A stretch of DNA of 26,102 nt from a virus (Duplodnaviria; Caudoviricetes). The stretch is from the IMG/VR virus record IMGVR_UViG_3300017754_000339, positions 1-26,102 of that record. The stretch is one strand, 5' to 3'. The notes under the pieces are model-generated. The model saw only the letters and a program-made list of their open reading frames with translations, was not told the origin of the DNA and made no database searches. The translations under genes were made by a program, and so were the position numbers. Below, in pieces: positions 17,216 to 26,102 of the stretch. Each line of letters starts with the position of its first letter. The stretch's first letter is position 1.

Positions 17216-17440
17216 TTACTCGGCCATTCGTCTGTTATGTTCTTCTTCCTCGCGCTTATCCTGCTTGTATCGGTAGTACCAATTAACGCAGAGGCCAATA
17301 AGACCAATAGTAATACCTGCCAGCATCCCAAATTCGCTAGACAGAAACCAAGACACTACACTACTTCCAGCTGCTATAGTTGTGACTTTACTAGCCCCAG
17401 CCGCAATAGTAGCGTCGTTTAAAAGTTGGTTGTCTGTCAT
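17216..17440 (-). CDS. Putative holin, 74 aa
   Basis: Small, with 1-2 TM segments and a highly charged tail (NWYYRYKQDKREEEEH). First gene of the lysis cassette. Confidence 0.75.
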   Translation of the reverse strand: MTDNQLLNDATIAAGASKVTTIAAGSSVVSWFLSSEFGMLAGITIGLIGLCVNWYYRYKQDKREEEEHNRRMAE

Positions 17441-17450
17441 GATTTTTCTA

Positions 17451-17792
17451 TTAAAAAACTACTTCAACCCACGTTACACTGTCCTCATCCCAAGTATATA
17501 TTTTTCCATCGTTAGGATGCGGTACAGGGGAATTCCACAAACAAGTAGTTTCGTCTAGAACCCAACTTGGAAATGGTTGTGGTGCTATAAAAGCATCTTT
17601 ATAAAAGTCGTAAGTATATCCTATACCAGCATAATTTTTACGTAGGGGTCTACCTTCTGGATGTTGCCCACCATAAGTATTGTAAGATGTTTGAATCCAT
17701 CCGTCACCAAACATTCCTGAATCAATAACATCCTGTTCAGCGACAATCATATCAACAACTATGCCATCAATAACTTTTGCAAAATGTGCCAT
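17451..17792 (-). CDS. Conserved phage fibre-associated protein, 113 aa
   Basis: MAHFAKV...WIQTSYNT...RKNYAGIGYTYD...PFPSW. I recognise this type as usually following Gly-rich fibre genes. Function unknown. Confidence 0.7.
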   Translation of the reverse strand: MAHFAKVIDGIVVDMIVAEQDVIDSGMFGDGWIQTSYNTYGGQHPEGRPLRKNYAGIGYTYDFYKDAFIAPQPFPSWVLDETTCLWNSPVPHPNDGKIYTWDEDSVTWVEVVF

Positions 17793-17797
17793 AATTT

Positions 17798-18709
17798 TTA
17801 AAATGTAATTGAGCCAGAACTAGTAAATTTATAAATGCGATACCCGCCTGTGACGGTAATTGTTGGCGATCCCGTTGTTGTAGCCGCTGGAACGCTGTCT
17901 GGATAACGCAAAATCACAACACCAGAACCACCTGCACCAGATGCAACATTTCCATCTGAACCGCCGCCACCGCCACCACCAGTGTTTGCCGTACCCGGAA
18001 AGCCTGTGCTTGCCCCACCATTACCACCACCACCAGTGCCACCTGTACCCGGCGTTGCAGATGATGATTTACCACCGCCACCGCCGCCACCGTATGCTGT
18101 ACTTGTTCCACTAATGCTAGATGATGTACCGGCTCCACCGTTTCCTGCAACAGTTGTTGAGCCATTGCCGCCAACCGCACTTGCACCACCACCACCGCCA
18201 GCGCCATAATTAGCAGTTGTTGTGCCTGTACCACCATTATTACCTTGCCCCGGCGTTCCTACACCACCAGTTTTTTGTGGGCTAAAACTACCACCACCAC
18301 CGCCGGAGCCATACGTACCAGAACCGCCAATACCGTTCGCATTACTACCGCCGCCACCACCTTTAAGTGCGGTAAGCGTACTAAATGATGAATTTGTTCC
18401 TGCGGTTCCTTGTCCTGTACTTGCAGCGCCGCCCGGACCAACTGTCACAGTATAAGAAACACCAAAAAGTACACCCGTTGTCCCGGTTAATACGCCGCCA
18501 GCGCCACCACCACCACCACCACCGTTACCACCACCACCACTAGCAGCACCGGCAACAACCAAATAATCAACCGGCAACTGTTGTCTAGGCCATAAACTAT
18601 TACTTACCGCATTTGCTACATTTGTAACATTCCAAATTCCATTAGCAACTGTACTTGATGTTGTCGCTGCAATAGATGAAATAACGCCGCCAATATATTT
18701 AAGACTCAT
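17798..18709 (-). CDS. Glycine-rich fibre tip protein, 303 aa (start moved to ATG 18709)
   Basis: VDYLVVAG...GGGGAGG...GGSGVVILRY...YKFTSSGSITF. AGGA precedes ATG 18709 (MSLKYIGG), which avoids overlap with the upstream gene. Confidence 0.8.
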   Translation of the reverse strand: MSLKYIGGVISSIAATTSSTVANGIWNVTNVANAVSNSLWPRQQLPVDYLVVAGAASGGGGNGGGGGGGAGGVLTGTTGVLFGVSYTVTVGPGGAASTGQGTAGTNSSFSTLTALKGGGGGSNANGIGGSGTYGSGGGGGSFSPQKTGGVGTPGQGNNGGTGTTTANYGAGGGGGASAVGGNGSTTVAGNGGAGTSSSISGTSTAYGGGGGGGKSSSATPGTGGTGGGGNGGASTGFPGTANTGGGGGGGSDGNVASGAGGSGVVILRYPDSVPAATTTGSPTITVTGGYRIYKFTSSGSITF

Positions 18710-18716
18710 ATAAATC

Positions 18717-20873
18717 CTATTGTCTGGCAAATGCTATTTTTCGAGGAGTAAATGCGGCTGTATATCTAGCAATGCCCTTAGTGATTCTAAAATCATCTAT
18801 ATAGCCAATATACAATTCAATTGCGGAATTTGGATAACCCATTCCTAAACCAAACGGTTTTGCGCCAATGTTATAAGTTGCTGATCCTTGCCCATCAACA
18901 ACGCCATTTAAATACAATTTAACATTGTTAGCAGCAGCCCCACTACGAACCAATGCTACGTGATACCAAGTATTAATTGCAATTGTTGTTGTGCAAGTAA
19001 TAATGCCTGTTTTGGTTCCTGCACCCGGTCCGGCACTGTTTGACCCACCAATCCAAAATTGCAATTTGGATGTTGATTGTTGTATGCGAACTAAATTGCT
19101 ATCAGGATCAGTTGTGCCTATTCCAAAAACGCCGCGTTCTGCCCCTGCAATAGTTGTTGGGTACATCCAAAATTCAATTGTAAAATCACCTGCGCCTAAT
19201 TCAAAATTATCTGATGATGCAACATATAAATAGTCTCCCGTCCCGTCAAAAAGCATAGAACCAGAACCATATTTTTTAATCGCTGTACTTACTTGGGCAT
19301 TACCCGCAGTTTCTACTGCATTTTTTAATGAAGCATCTGTAATACCGGCGTTAGTAAAATTAAGAAGTAACGCTGTATTAGCAATTGCAGTTTGCGGCTC
19401 TGTTGGAACGGTAATGGTTGTGTTTGTGTAACCATACACATCGCTTTTTACCAAACGTAAATTTGAAATATAACCCTTCCAAACTCCAGCACCAAGACCG
19501 TTAGCGCCTATTTGATATGCCGACGTTCCACTATATGCTGCTGACACTGTACCATTAGCAACACGCACACCATTTAAAAATAGACTTGTTTGGTTCGCCC
19601 CAGTACCGCCGCGACTTACTACAATATGATTCCACTGATTTAATCTTGGTAATGTGGTGGAAGTTAATTGCCATGCAACTCCGCGAGTAGCAATCCCCCA
19701 TGCACCAGAACCATTAAATCCGCATTGAAACTCACTATTAGTAGAAGCCGCATAAATACTCATATCAGTTACAATTGCTGGAATATAAATCCATAATTCA
19801 AATGTAAAAACTGATCCGGGCGCTAAATTAGCTGAACTTGGAAGACTTAAATAATCACCAGCGCCATCAACATATCCGCTACCACCCGTAACTGTTGGCG
19901 TGTAAGAGTACTGAGGGCGCGCGGGAGAAAATGGCTGTCCTGCTGCAAGTGTTGGTGTTATCGTTCTGTCGTTGGTGCTTGCATCTCTAAACGTAGTATT
20001 GTTTTGTAGTGTTAAAAGTGTTGTTCCAGAAATAGCGGTTAATGGCGTAGTAGATGGCGTAAAGGATGTTGAATATAGAGCCGTACCAGTAACAATACGA
20101 AGGTTGGATACGTACCCAAAAATATATGAGTTTGCGTTAGCGTATTGGCCTATCGTAGTGCGTCCTTGGTCAGTCCCCCTATTCGCTAATGTAGTTGTGC
20201 CAGTTAGGGTTTGAAGCACACCGCCAACAAACAGTTTAATTGCATTAGCAGATACAGATACCGCAACGTGTATCCATGTATTTAAAGGCGTAACTGTGTT
20301 ACCAACGCACGCTTTTGTACCAGTATCGTTCCACCAAAAACTTAACAGCCCAGTAGAAAGAACCCCAAACATCCAATTAGCACCAGCGCCTGTTGGGTTT
20401 TGATCTCCAACAAGGGAAGGCTGTACTGGACCACCTTGCGCAACAGGGTATGCTGTTTGAAATATCCACGCTTCAATAGTAAACGTCGATGTTGTGGTCG
20501 GCAAAGATTGGAACGGTGTAGTTGCGTAGTAGCCTGTACCACCAAAGTATCCTGACCAATAACCCGGCTGCGAGCTAAACGGGCTAAGCGATCCTTGCGT
20601 AGTGTTGCCGCTACGCGTTATCGTAAAGTTATTTGTGCTGCTATCTAAGAACGTATTGTTTTGAGAGGCATTAGCAGCATTATCCGCTTGGAGCAATAAC
20701 GTAGTCTGCTTAAAGTTTGGATCAGTACACCATTGATCTGCTGCAACAGCTTGCATTGCTGTTTGCAATGTAAAAACGCCTTCCGTTTGGTTGGTTTGAA
20801 CACCCGGACCAACATTAGCAGCAAGCGGATTGTATGATGCGGATATATATCCGCCAGCGTTTCGTAATCCCAT
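18717..20873 (-). CDS. Concanavalin A-like/LamG lectin-domain protein with three domains, 718 aa; putative receptor-binding protein
   Basis: Three copies of FT[IF]ExW...N[TQ]WxH[VI]xx...GY[IV]xx[LF]R. Confidence 0.88.
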   Translation of the reverse strand: MGLRNAGGYISASYNPLAANVGPGVQTNQTEGVFTLQTAMQAVAADQWCTDPNFKQTTLLLQADNAANASQNNTFLDSSTNNFTITRSGNTTQGSLSPFSSQPGYWSGYFGGTGYYATTPFQSLPTTTSTFTIEAWIFQTAYPVAQGGPVQPSLVGDQNPTGAGANWMFGVLSTGLLSFWWNDTGTKACVGNTVTPLNTWIHVAVSVSANAIKLFVGGVLQTLTGTTTLANRGTDQGRTTIGQYANANSYIFGYVSNLRIVTGTALYSTSFTPSTTPLTAISGTTLLTLQNNTTFRDASTNDRTITPTLAAGQPFSPARPQYSYTPTVTGGSGYVDGAGDYLSLPSSANLAPGSVFTFELWIYIPAIVTDMSIYAASTNSEFQCGFNGSGAWGIATRGVAWQLTSTTLPRLNQWNHIVVSRGGTGANQTSLFLNGVRVANGTVSAAYSGTSAYQIGANGLGAGVWKGYISNLRLVKSDVYGYTNTTITVPTEPQTAIANTALLLNFTNAGITDASLKNAVETAGNAQVSTAIKKYGSGSMLFDGTGDYLYVASSDNFELGAGDFTIEFWMYPTTIAGAERGVFGIGTTDPDSNLVRIQQSTSKLQFWIGGSNSAGPGAGTKTGIITCTTTIAINTWYHVALVRSGAAANNVKLYLNGVVDGQGSATYNIGAKPFGLGMGYPNSAIELYIGYIDDFRITKGIARYTAAFTPRKIAFARQ

Positions 20874-20874
20874 A

Positions 20875-21276
20875 TTAAGTAATCACTTCAAACGAAGCAA
20901 CAATATTTAATGCGCTTGCGGTTCCAGAAATAACACCAATTGATTGATTTTCAGTTACGTAAAATGCAGTAGTCTTATCTGTAATAACTAATGTTGCATT
21001 TGCCGGAACACTAATTTGATATGCAATGTAGTATGCGGTTCCGCTTGCATAAGTTGCATTATTAGATATTGCAACGCTAATGTTTGCGGCGAAAGCTGTT
21101 ACATTAGCCACCACTATATTATCAATTTTATGGACACTACCTACAGCGGGAGTTAGCCCAGTAAGCGCTGTCGAACCGTTGTAAGTCCATGTCGCTACCG
21201 CAGTAGTTACACTAGGAATTATGTACGCCGTATTTCCATTAATACTGGTGACGTTTACGATATTAGGATTTGCCAT
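20875..21276 (-). CDS. Small beta-rich fibre tip/adaptor protein, 133 aa
   Basis: MANPNIVNVTSI...IVVANV...ISVPANATLV...SFEVIT. Directly follows the collagen gene ending [11 protein letters not shown]. Confidence 0.7.
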   Translation of the reverse strand: MANPNIVNVTSINGNTAYIIPSVTTAVATWTYNGSTALTGLTPAVGSVHKIDNIVVANVTAFAANISVAISNNATYASGTAYYIAYQISVPANATLVITDKTTAFYVTENQSIGVISGTASALNIVASFEVIT

Positions 21277-21285
21277 TTGTGTCCC

Positions 21286-22998
<1,713 letters not shown>

Positions 22999-23006
22999 TT
23001 TCTACC

Positions 23007-23312
23007 TTATGGGTTTGGTGTCCATACATAAGCGACACCTGTGGCCTGAACCACCCACGAGTCCCCCTGTACGTTTCCTGTAGTCGGCAAATCCCCGACA
23101 GTAGCCACAGCACCTAACACAGCTAACCCTTGCCCCTGAGCACCGGTCGGGCCGGTAGGTCCAATAGTTCCAGATGGACCCGTTGGACCAGATGGACCCG
23201 TAGGCCCTAATGCCCCTTGCGGCCCAACAGAAGCTACTTCAATAATAATTGGGTCTACTTGGGAAACTATAATAGTTTCGTCGTCAATGACGGTTACGAT
23301 ATCGTTACTCAT
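23007..23312 (-). CDS. Short collagen-repeat protein, 101 aa
   Basis: Acidic beta-like N-terminus, about 10 Gly-X-Y triplets, then a truncated globular knot motif. ATGA overlap with the upstream gene. Confidence 0.8.
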   Translation of the reverse strand: MSNDIVTVIDDETIIVSQVDPIIIEVASVGPQGALGPTGPSGPTGPSGTIGPTGPTGAQGQGLAVLGAVATVGDLPTTGNVQGDSWVVQATGVAYVWTPNP

Positions 23313-23662
23313 GGCCGCGTTACCTCTCTGGATAACTCGACAGAGCCTTCTATAAGTCGTGTCACGATACCACCAGAGCTTTGTAACTCAAGGTCGTAAA
23401 CAGCACCCCTGAACGAGAAATCATCAGTACTTGTAGCAGGAATATTGATGGCTATAGTGCCAGCAGAACCACCCAACGTGATTATTCCATTCTCAGTAGT
23501 GCCAGAAAATAAGATATCAGTGGAAGATTTACTGCGGCGAAATTGCATACGAGCAGTGTAGCCCGTCAAGTTGATAGCAACACTACTAGAATTTTTCCAT
23601 GTAATAGTCTTCAGGAAAGTAGCGCCCTGCTCAACATAAAAATCATATATTCCTGCAGACAT
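23309..23662 (-). CDS. Fibre attachment/adaptor protein, 117 aa
   Basis: YDFYVEQGATF...INLTGYTARMQFR...VYDLEL...TRLIEG is a type seen upstream of phage fibre genes. TAAGGAG RBS. Confidence 0.7.
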   Translation of the reverse strand: MSAGIYDFYVEQGATFLKTITWKNSSSVAINLTGYTARMQFRRSKSSTDILFSGTTENGIITLGGSAGTIAINIPATSTDDFSFRGAVYDLELQSSGGIVTRLIEGSVELSREVTRP

Positions 23663-23673
23663 AACCGCACTCC

Positions 23674-24282
23674 TTAGAACCTGCGAAATTTGACTTGTAA
23701 CGGCACGTTGCGCACGTCACGTATTCTGGCGTTGGTCACGCCCTGCTCGTATAGCTTCTTGTTCATCAGCGCGATGTCAGGGTTAGTCCACTCTTTATTT
23801 GGAACTCGTGTGAGTCTCCACAACACACCGCTTACTAGCGTATCAGCCCAAGTCTCATATATCCAGTCTTCTACACCACGTGCAGTACGCGACGGCTTGA
23901 GCGCAATCTCACCCTTGAGCGTGTACACGTCATCAGGGATGTAGAACAAGCGAATTGATTTTTCTTTGACTACCCAATACTTACTTGGGCGACCTGTTCT
24001 TAGCAAGTCGTTATGATCCACTAGACGCGAATCAGTGTGGGTAATTTCTCTATCGTCTATCAGTATCCAAAGCACAGATTCAATAACGGCAGAACCATCT
24101 ACGTCATATTCAGCTTGATCTACCACAGTGTTCTGTGTCTCAAGACTCTCTCGCCAGATGTGTGTACGGGCGCAGAAATCCGCTGCAACAGCTGCAAAAG
24201 CTGTCTTAATCGTAGCTTCAGGACAACCGGGGATATCCGGTGTAACGAGCGGAAGAATGGTATCCCAAGTTGTTGTGGCCAT
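23674..24282 (-). CDS. Head-tail adaptor-like protein, 202 aa
   Basis: LPLVTPDIPGCP...DFCARTHIWR...LKPSRTA...PNKEWTNP resembles 933W-like podovirus adaptors. TAATG coupling to the upstream gene. Confidence 0.7.
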   Translation of the reverse strand: MATTTWDTILPLVTPDIPGCPEATIKTAFAAVAADFCARTHIWRESLETQNTVVDQAEYDVDGSAVIESVLWILIDDREITHTDSRLVDHNDLLRTGRPSKYWVVKEKSIRLFYIPDDVYTLKGEIALKPSRTARGVEDWIYETWADTLVSGVLWRLTRVPNKEWTNPDIALMNKKLYEQGVTNARIRDVRNVPLQVKFRRF

Positions 24283-24956
24283 TATCGATCCTCTGGAACT
24301 TCTTTCTGTTCGCTAGTATTGATACTATTTAACGCTTCTAAAGTCGCTTGGAAGTACGCAGTAGCGCGAGCGGCATTGTTAGCCTGCTCAACATCCTTAC
24401 TGTATGCGCGATAGAGCATGTAGTCTAGTAATACATTAGCGTATGTATCATCAAGATTTATCGTAGTGGTTGTAGCTGGATTAAGTAATTGCACTTCGGT
24501 AAGCGCATGTGAAGCAGGGAAAGTAGAGTAAACGATCTCAACTTGTGATGCTGTAGTGGCCGGTGGATAGGTAAGAAACTCTTTTGGAAGTCTATGGTCA
24601 AACATATACTTCTCTATACTGATAGCTGGTGTATCCGCTGTCCAACCGGGACGCTGATCGTCCATTGTTTGTCTATCTACTAATCGAATAGACTTTTTAT
24701 TAGACGTAGCAGCTACGTTAGCGATTACCTCTAAAAGCCGTTGTGCATTAAAAAATGAATTTAACGACTGACGATAACCGGCAACACAAGTAAAAGTCTC
24801 CACCTGCGCGTTGGCATCTGGGCGTCTATTGACGATTTCCCTATAGCCAGCGTTCAACCATGCCTGCAGTTCCAACCCTGTCCAACGGACAGCAGTAGGG
24901 TCTTTCAACACGGTCAATGCGTTGGATATTAGTTCTACGACTTTTACTGTGGCCAT
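24282..24956 (-). CDS. Head-tail adaptor (DUF6682-like), 224 aa
   Basis: LKDPTAVRWTGLELQAWLN...RPDA...LLDYMLYRAYSKD...RATAY. Confidence 0.78.
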   Translation of the reverse strand: MATVKVVELISNALTVLKDPTAVRWTGLELQAWLNAGYREIVNRRPDANAQVETFTCVAGYRQSLNSFFNAQRLLEVIANVAATSNKKSIRLVDRQTMDDQRPGWTADTPAISIEKYMFDHRLPKEFLTYPPATTASQVEIVYSTFPASHALTEVQLLNPATTTTINLDDTYANVLLDYMLYRAYSKDVEQANNAARATAYFQATLEALNSINTSEQKEVPEDR

Positions 24957-24966
24957 TTCTCAACCT

Positions 24967-25278
24967 TTAGTCGTCCGGGTTACTGATTGTAGTATCGAGA
25001 CCCTCTACAACTACAGGCTCGTCAGCAGCCGCTACGGGTTCCTCGGAGTTTACCACAGGCTCTTCGATTTCTAGAGTAGCAATTTTAGGTGTTCTGGCAC
25101 GTTTCTTAGGTTCTTCTGCTGCGCCTTCTGCTGCCGCACGTAAACGGCCTTCCTCAGTAAACTCCATATTGTCGCCATTGAGCTGACCAAGTACTACATA
25201 GTTCTGGCCTTCGCGTACGCGAGCTTTGCCGCGAACAATTTCACCACCTAGTTTTTCAAGGAGTTCGTATACGTTCAT
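24967..25278 (-). CDS. Hypothetical protein with acidic disordered tail, ~103 aa
   Basis: Compact N-terminal domain and a Glu/Pro-rich tail. ATG 25278 is preferred over 25290, which abuts the terminator. Confidence 0.7.
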   Translation of the reverse strand: MNVYELLEKLGGEIVRGKARVREGQNYVVLGQLNGDNMEFTEEGRLRAAAEGAAEEPKKRARTPKIATLEIEEPVVNSEEPVAAADEPVVVEGLDTTISNPDD

Positions 25279-25290
25279 TTTATTTCCCAT

Positions 25291-25316
25291 AGAAAACTCG
25301 GGGCCGAAGCCCCGAG
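25291..25316 (-). terminator. Rho-independent terminator
   Basis: Minus strand CTCGGGGC-TTCG-GCCCCGAG-TTTTCT. Confidence 0.85.
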
Positions 25317-25332
25317 AGTAGTTTTACTAAAG

Positions 25333-25698
25333 TTAGGCAGGAGTTGCAACTGCACCAAGAATAGCGATCCACGTCAGGCCATCGGTACCGATCTGAATCA
25401 GTTCGGCGACTTGTTGCTGACCGACTACCAAAGCGGCGTTAGCTGCTGCGCCGTTGATCGTACCACCAGTGTTAGGGTAGATTTTGATATCTTGAGCAGA
25501 GTCAAGATTAGCTACAACAACACGACTTGCTTGCGAAAGGCTTGCTGGAAGAATAACACCATCGTTGTCAGCAGCGACGACAGTTACAGTAGCCAGTGCA
25601 CCAGTAATAGCAGTAGCGCCAGCTGCGGTTTGTGTTGCACCTGCGGTAATGCCCGTCTGGACACCACCTACTATCATTGCATATTGAGTACTTGCCAT
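25333..25698 (-). CDS. Putative capsid decoration/minor head protein, 121 aa
   Basis: Ala/Thr/Gly-rich beta-type protein directly after the capsid gene. GGAG precedes ATG 25698; the track's TTG start at 25710 overlaps that RBS. Confidence 0.6.
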   Translation of the reverse strand: MASTQYAMIVGGVQTGITAGATQTAAGATAITGALATVTVVAADNDGVILPASLSQASRVVVANLDSAQDIKIYPNTGGTINGAAANAALVVGQQQVAELIQIGTDGLTWIAILGAVATPA

Positions 25699-25708
25699 AA
25701 TAATCTCC

Positions 25709-25741
25709 AAATAGAATAGAAATTAGGGGGCCGAAGCCCCC
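25709..25741 (-). terminator. Hairpin terminator after the capsid gene, with interrupted U-tract
   Basis: Minus strand GGGGGC-TTCG-GCCCCC-TAATTTCTATTCTATTT. Confidence 0.7.
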
Positions 25742-25746
25742 CAAAC

Positions 25747-26102
25747 TTACGATGCGGAACCGACTTGCGCCATCACGAGCGCTTCGTCTTTCACGACTTT
25801 GCGACCATAGACAGCCAGACCGCGAACGATGTCGCCGAAGTCTGATTGGTTACGCAGTGGCTCGGTCTTGTTGACAGTCATTGCGAAAGCAACGGCGTCC
25901 TTGGTACCAGCCAACATGGTGCGACGAGCTTTAGCACTCGACAACGAACCACCAGTTGAAGGATCGGACAAACCAGCAACTAACGACTTGCCAGCTGCGC
26001 CACGTGGGAGCAGGTTAGACACGTAGACCGTAAAGCGGTCGAGCATACCGATCTTGCCGGTACGAACGATACTTGTCTGGTCGCCAGTGAAGTACGCTTG
26101 AG
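25747..26102 (-). CDS. Major capsid protein, C-terminal part (P22 coat-like); starts outside the window
   Basis: The frame is open to the edge: QAYFTGDQTSIVRTGKIGMLDRFTVYVSNLLP...KTEPLRNQSDFGDIVRGLAVYGRKVV. Confidence 0.88.
   Translation of the reverse strand, partial: QAYFTGDQTSIVRTGKIGMLDRFTVYVSNLLPRGAAGKSLVAGLSDPSTGGSLSSAKARRTMLAGTKDAVAFAMTVNKTEPLRNQSDFGDIVRGLAVYGRKVVKDEALVMAQVGSAS

Noticed and set aside
17798-20873. Diversity-generating retroelement or invertible tail cassette
   Set aside because: No reverse transcriptase, recombinase or template/variable repeat pair was seen in the window.

Overview
The window is the late (morphogenesis and lysis) operon of a podovirus-type tailed phage. 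Its spanins imply a Gram-negative host, and the head-tail genes recall the 933W/phi24B-like lineage. All supported genes lie on the minus strand and are tightly packed. In transcription order (right to left) they are: C-terminal end of the major capsid protein; two small genes separated by C(UUCG)G hairpin terminators; two head-tail adaptor proteins; a fibre module (adaptor, two Gly-Pro-Thr collagen genes, tip protein, triple-LamG protein, Gly-rich protein, small accessory protein); a nine-gene lysis/envelope cassette; a GT2-TPR glycosyltransferase; tail nozzle; tail spike; GNAT; and three ejection proteins. The ORF track misses two genes that I translated by hand. One is a >1500-aa polyvalent ejection protein (4500 to beyond base 1) with an HExxH metallopeptidase-like domain and an ART-PolyVal-like ADP-ribosyltransferase domain. 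The other is a 54-aa secreted cationic two-Cys peptide (14974-15138). The best candidates for undescribed biology are a BclA/SgtA-like fibre glycosylation system, the expanded lysis cassette, a collagen knot domain split between two genes, and nested repeats in the nozzle. All family calls come from motif recognition by eye; no database searches were run.
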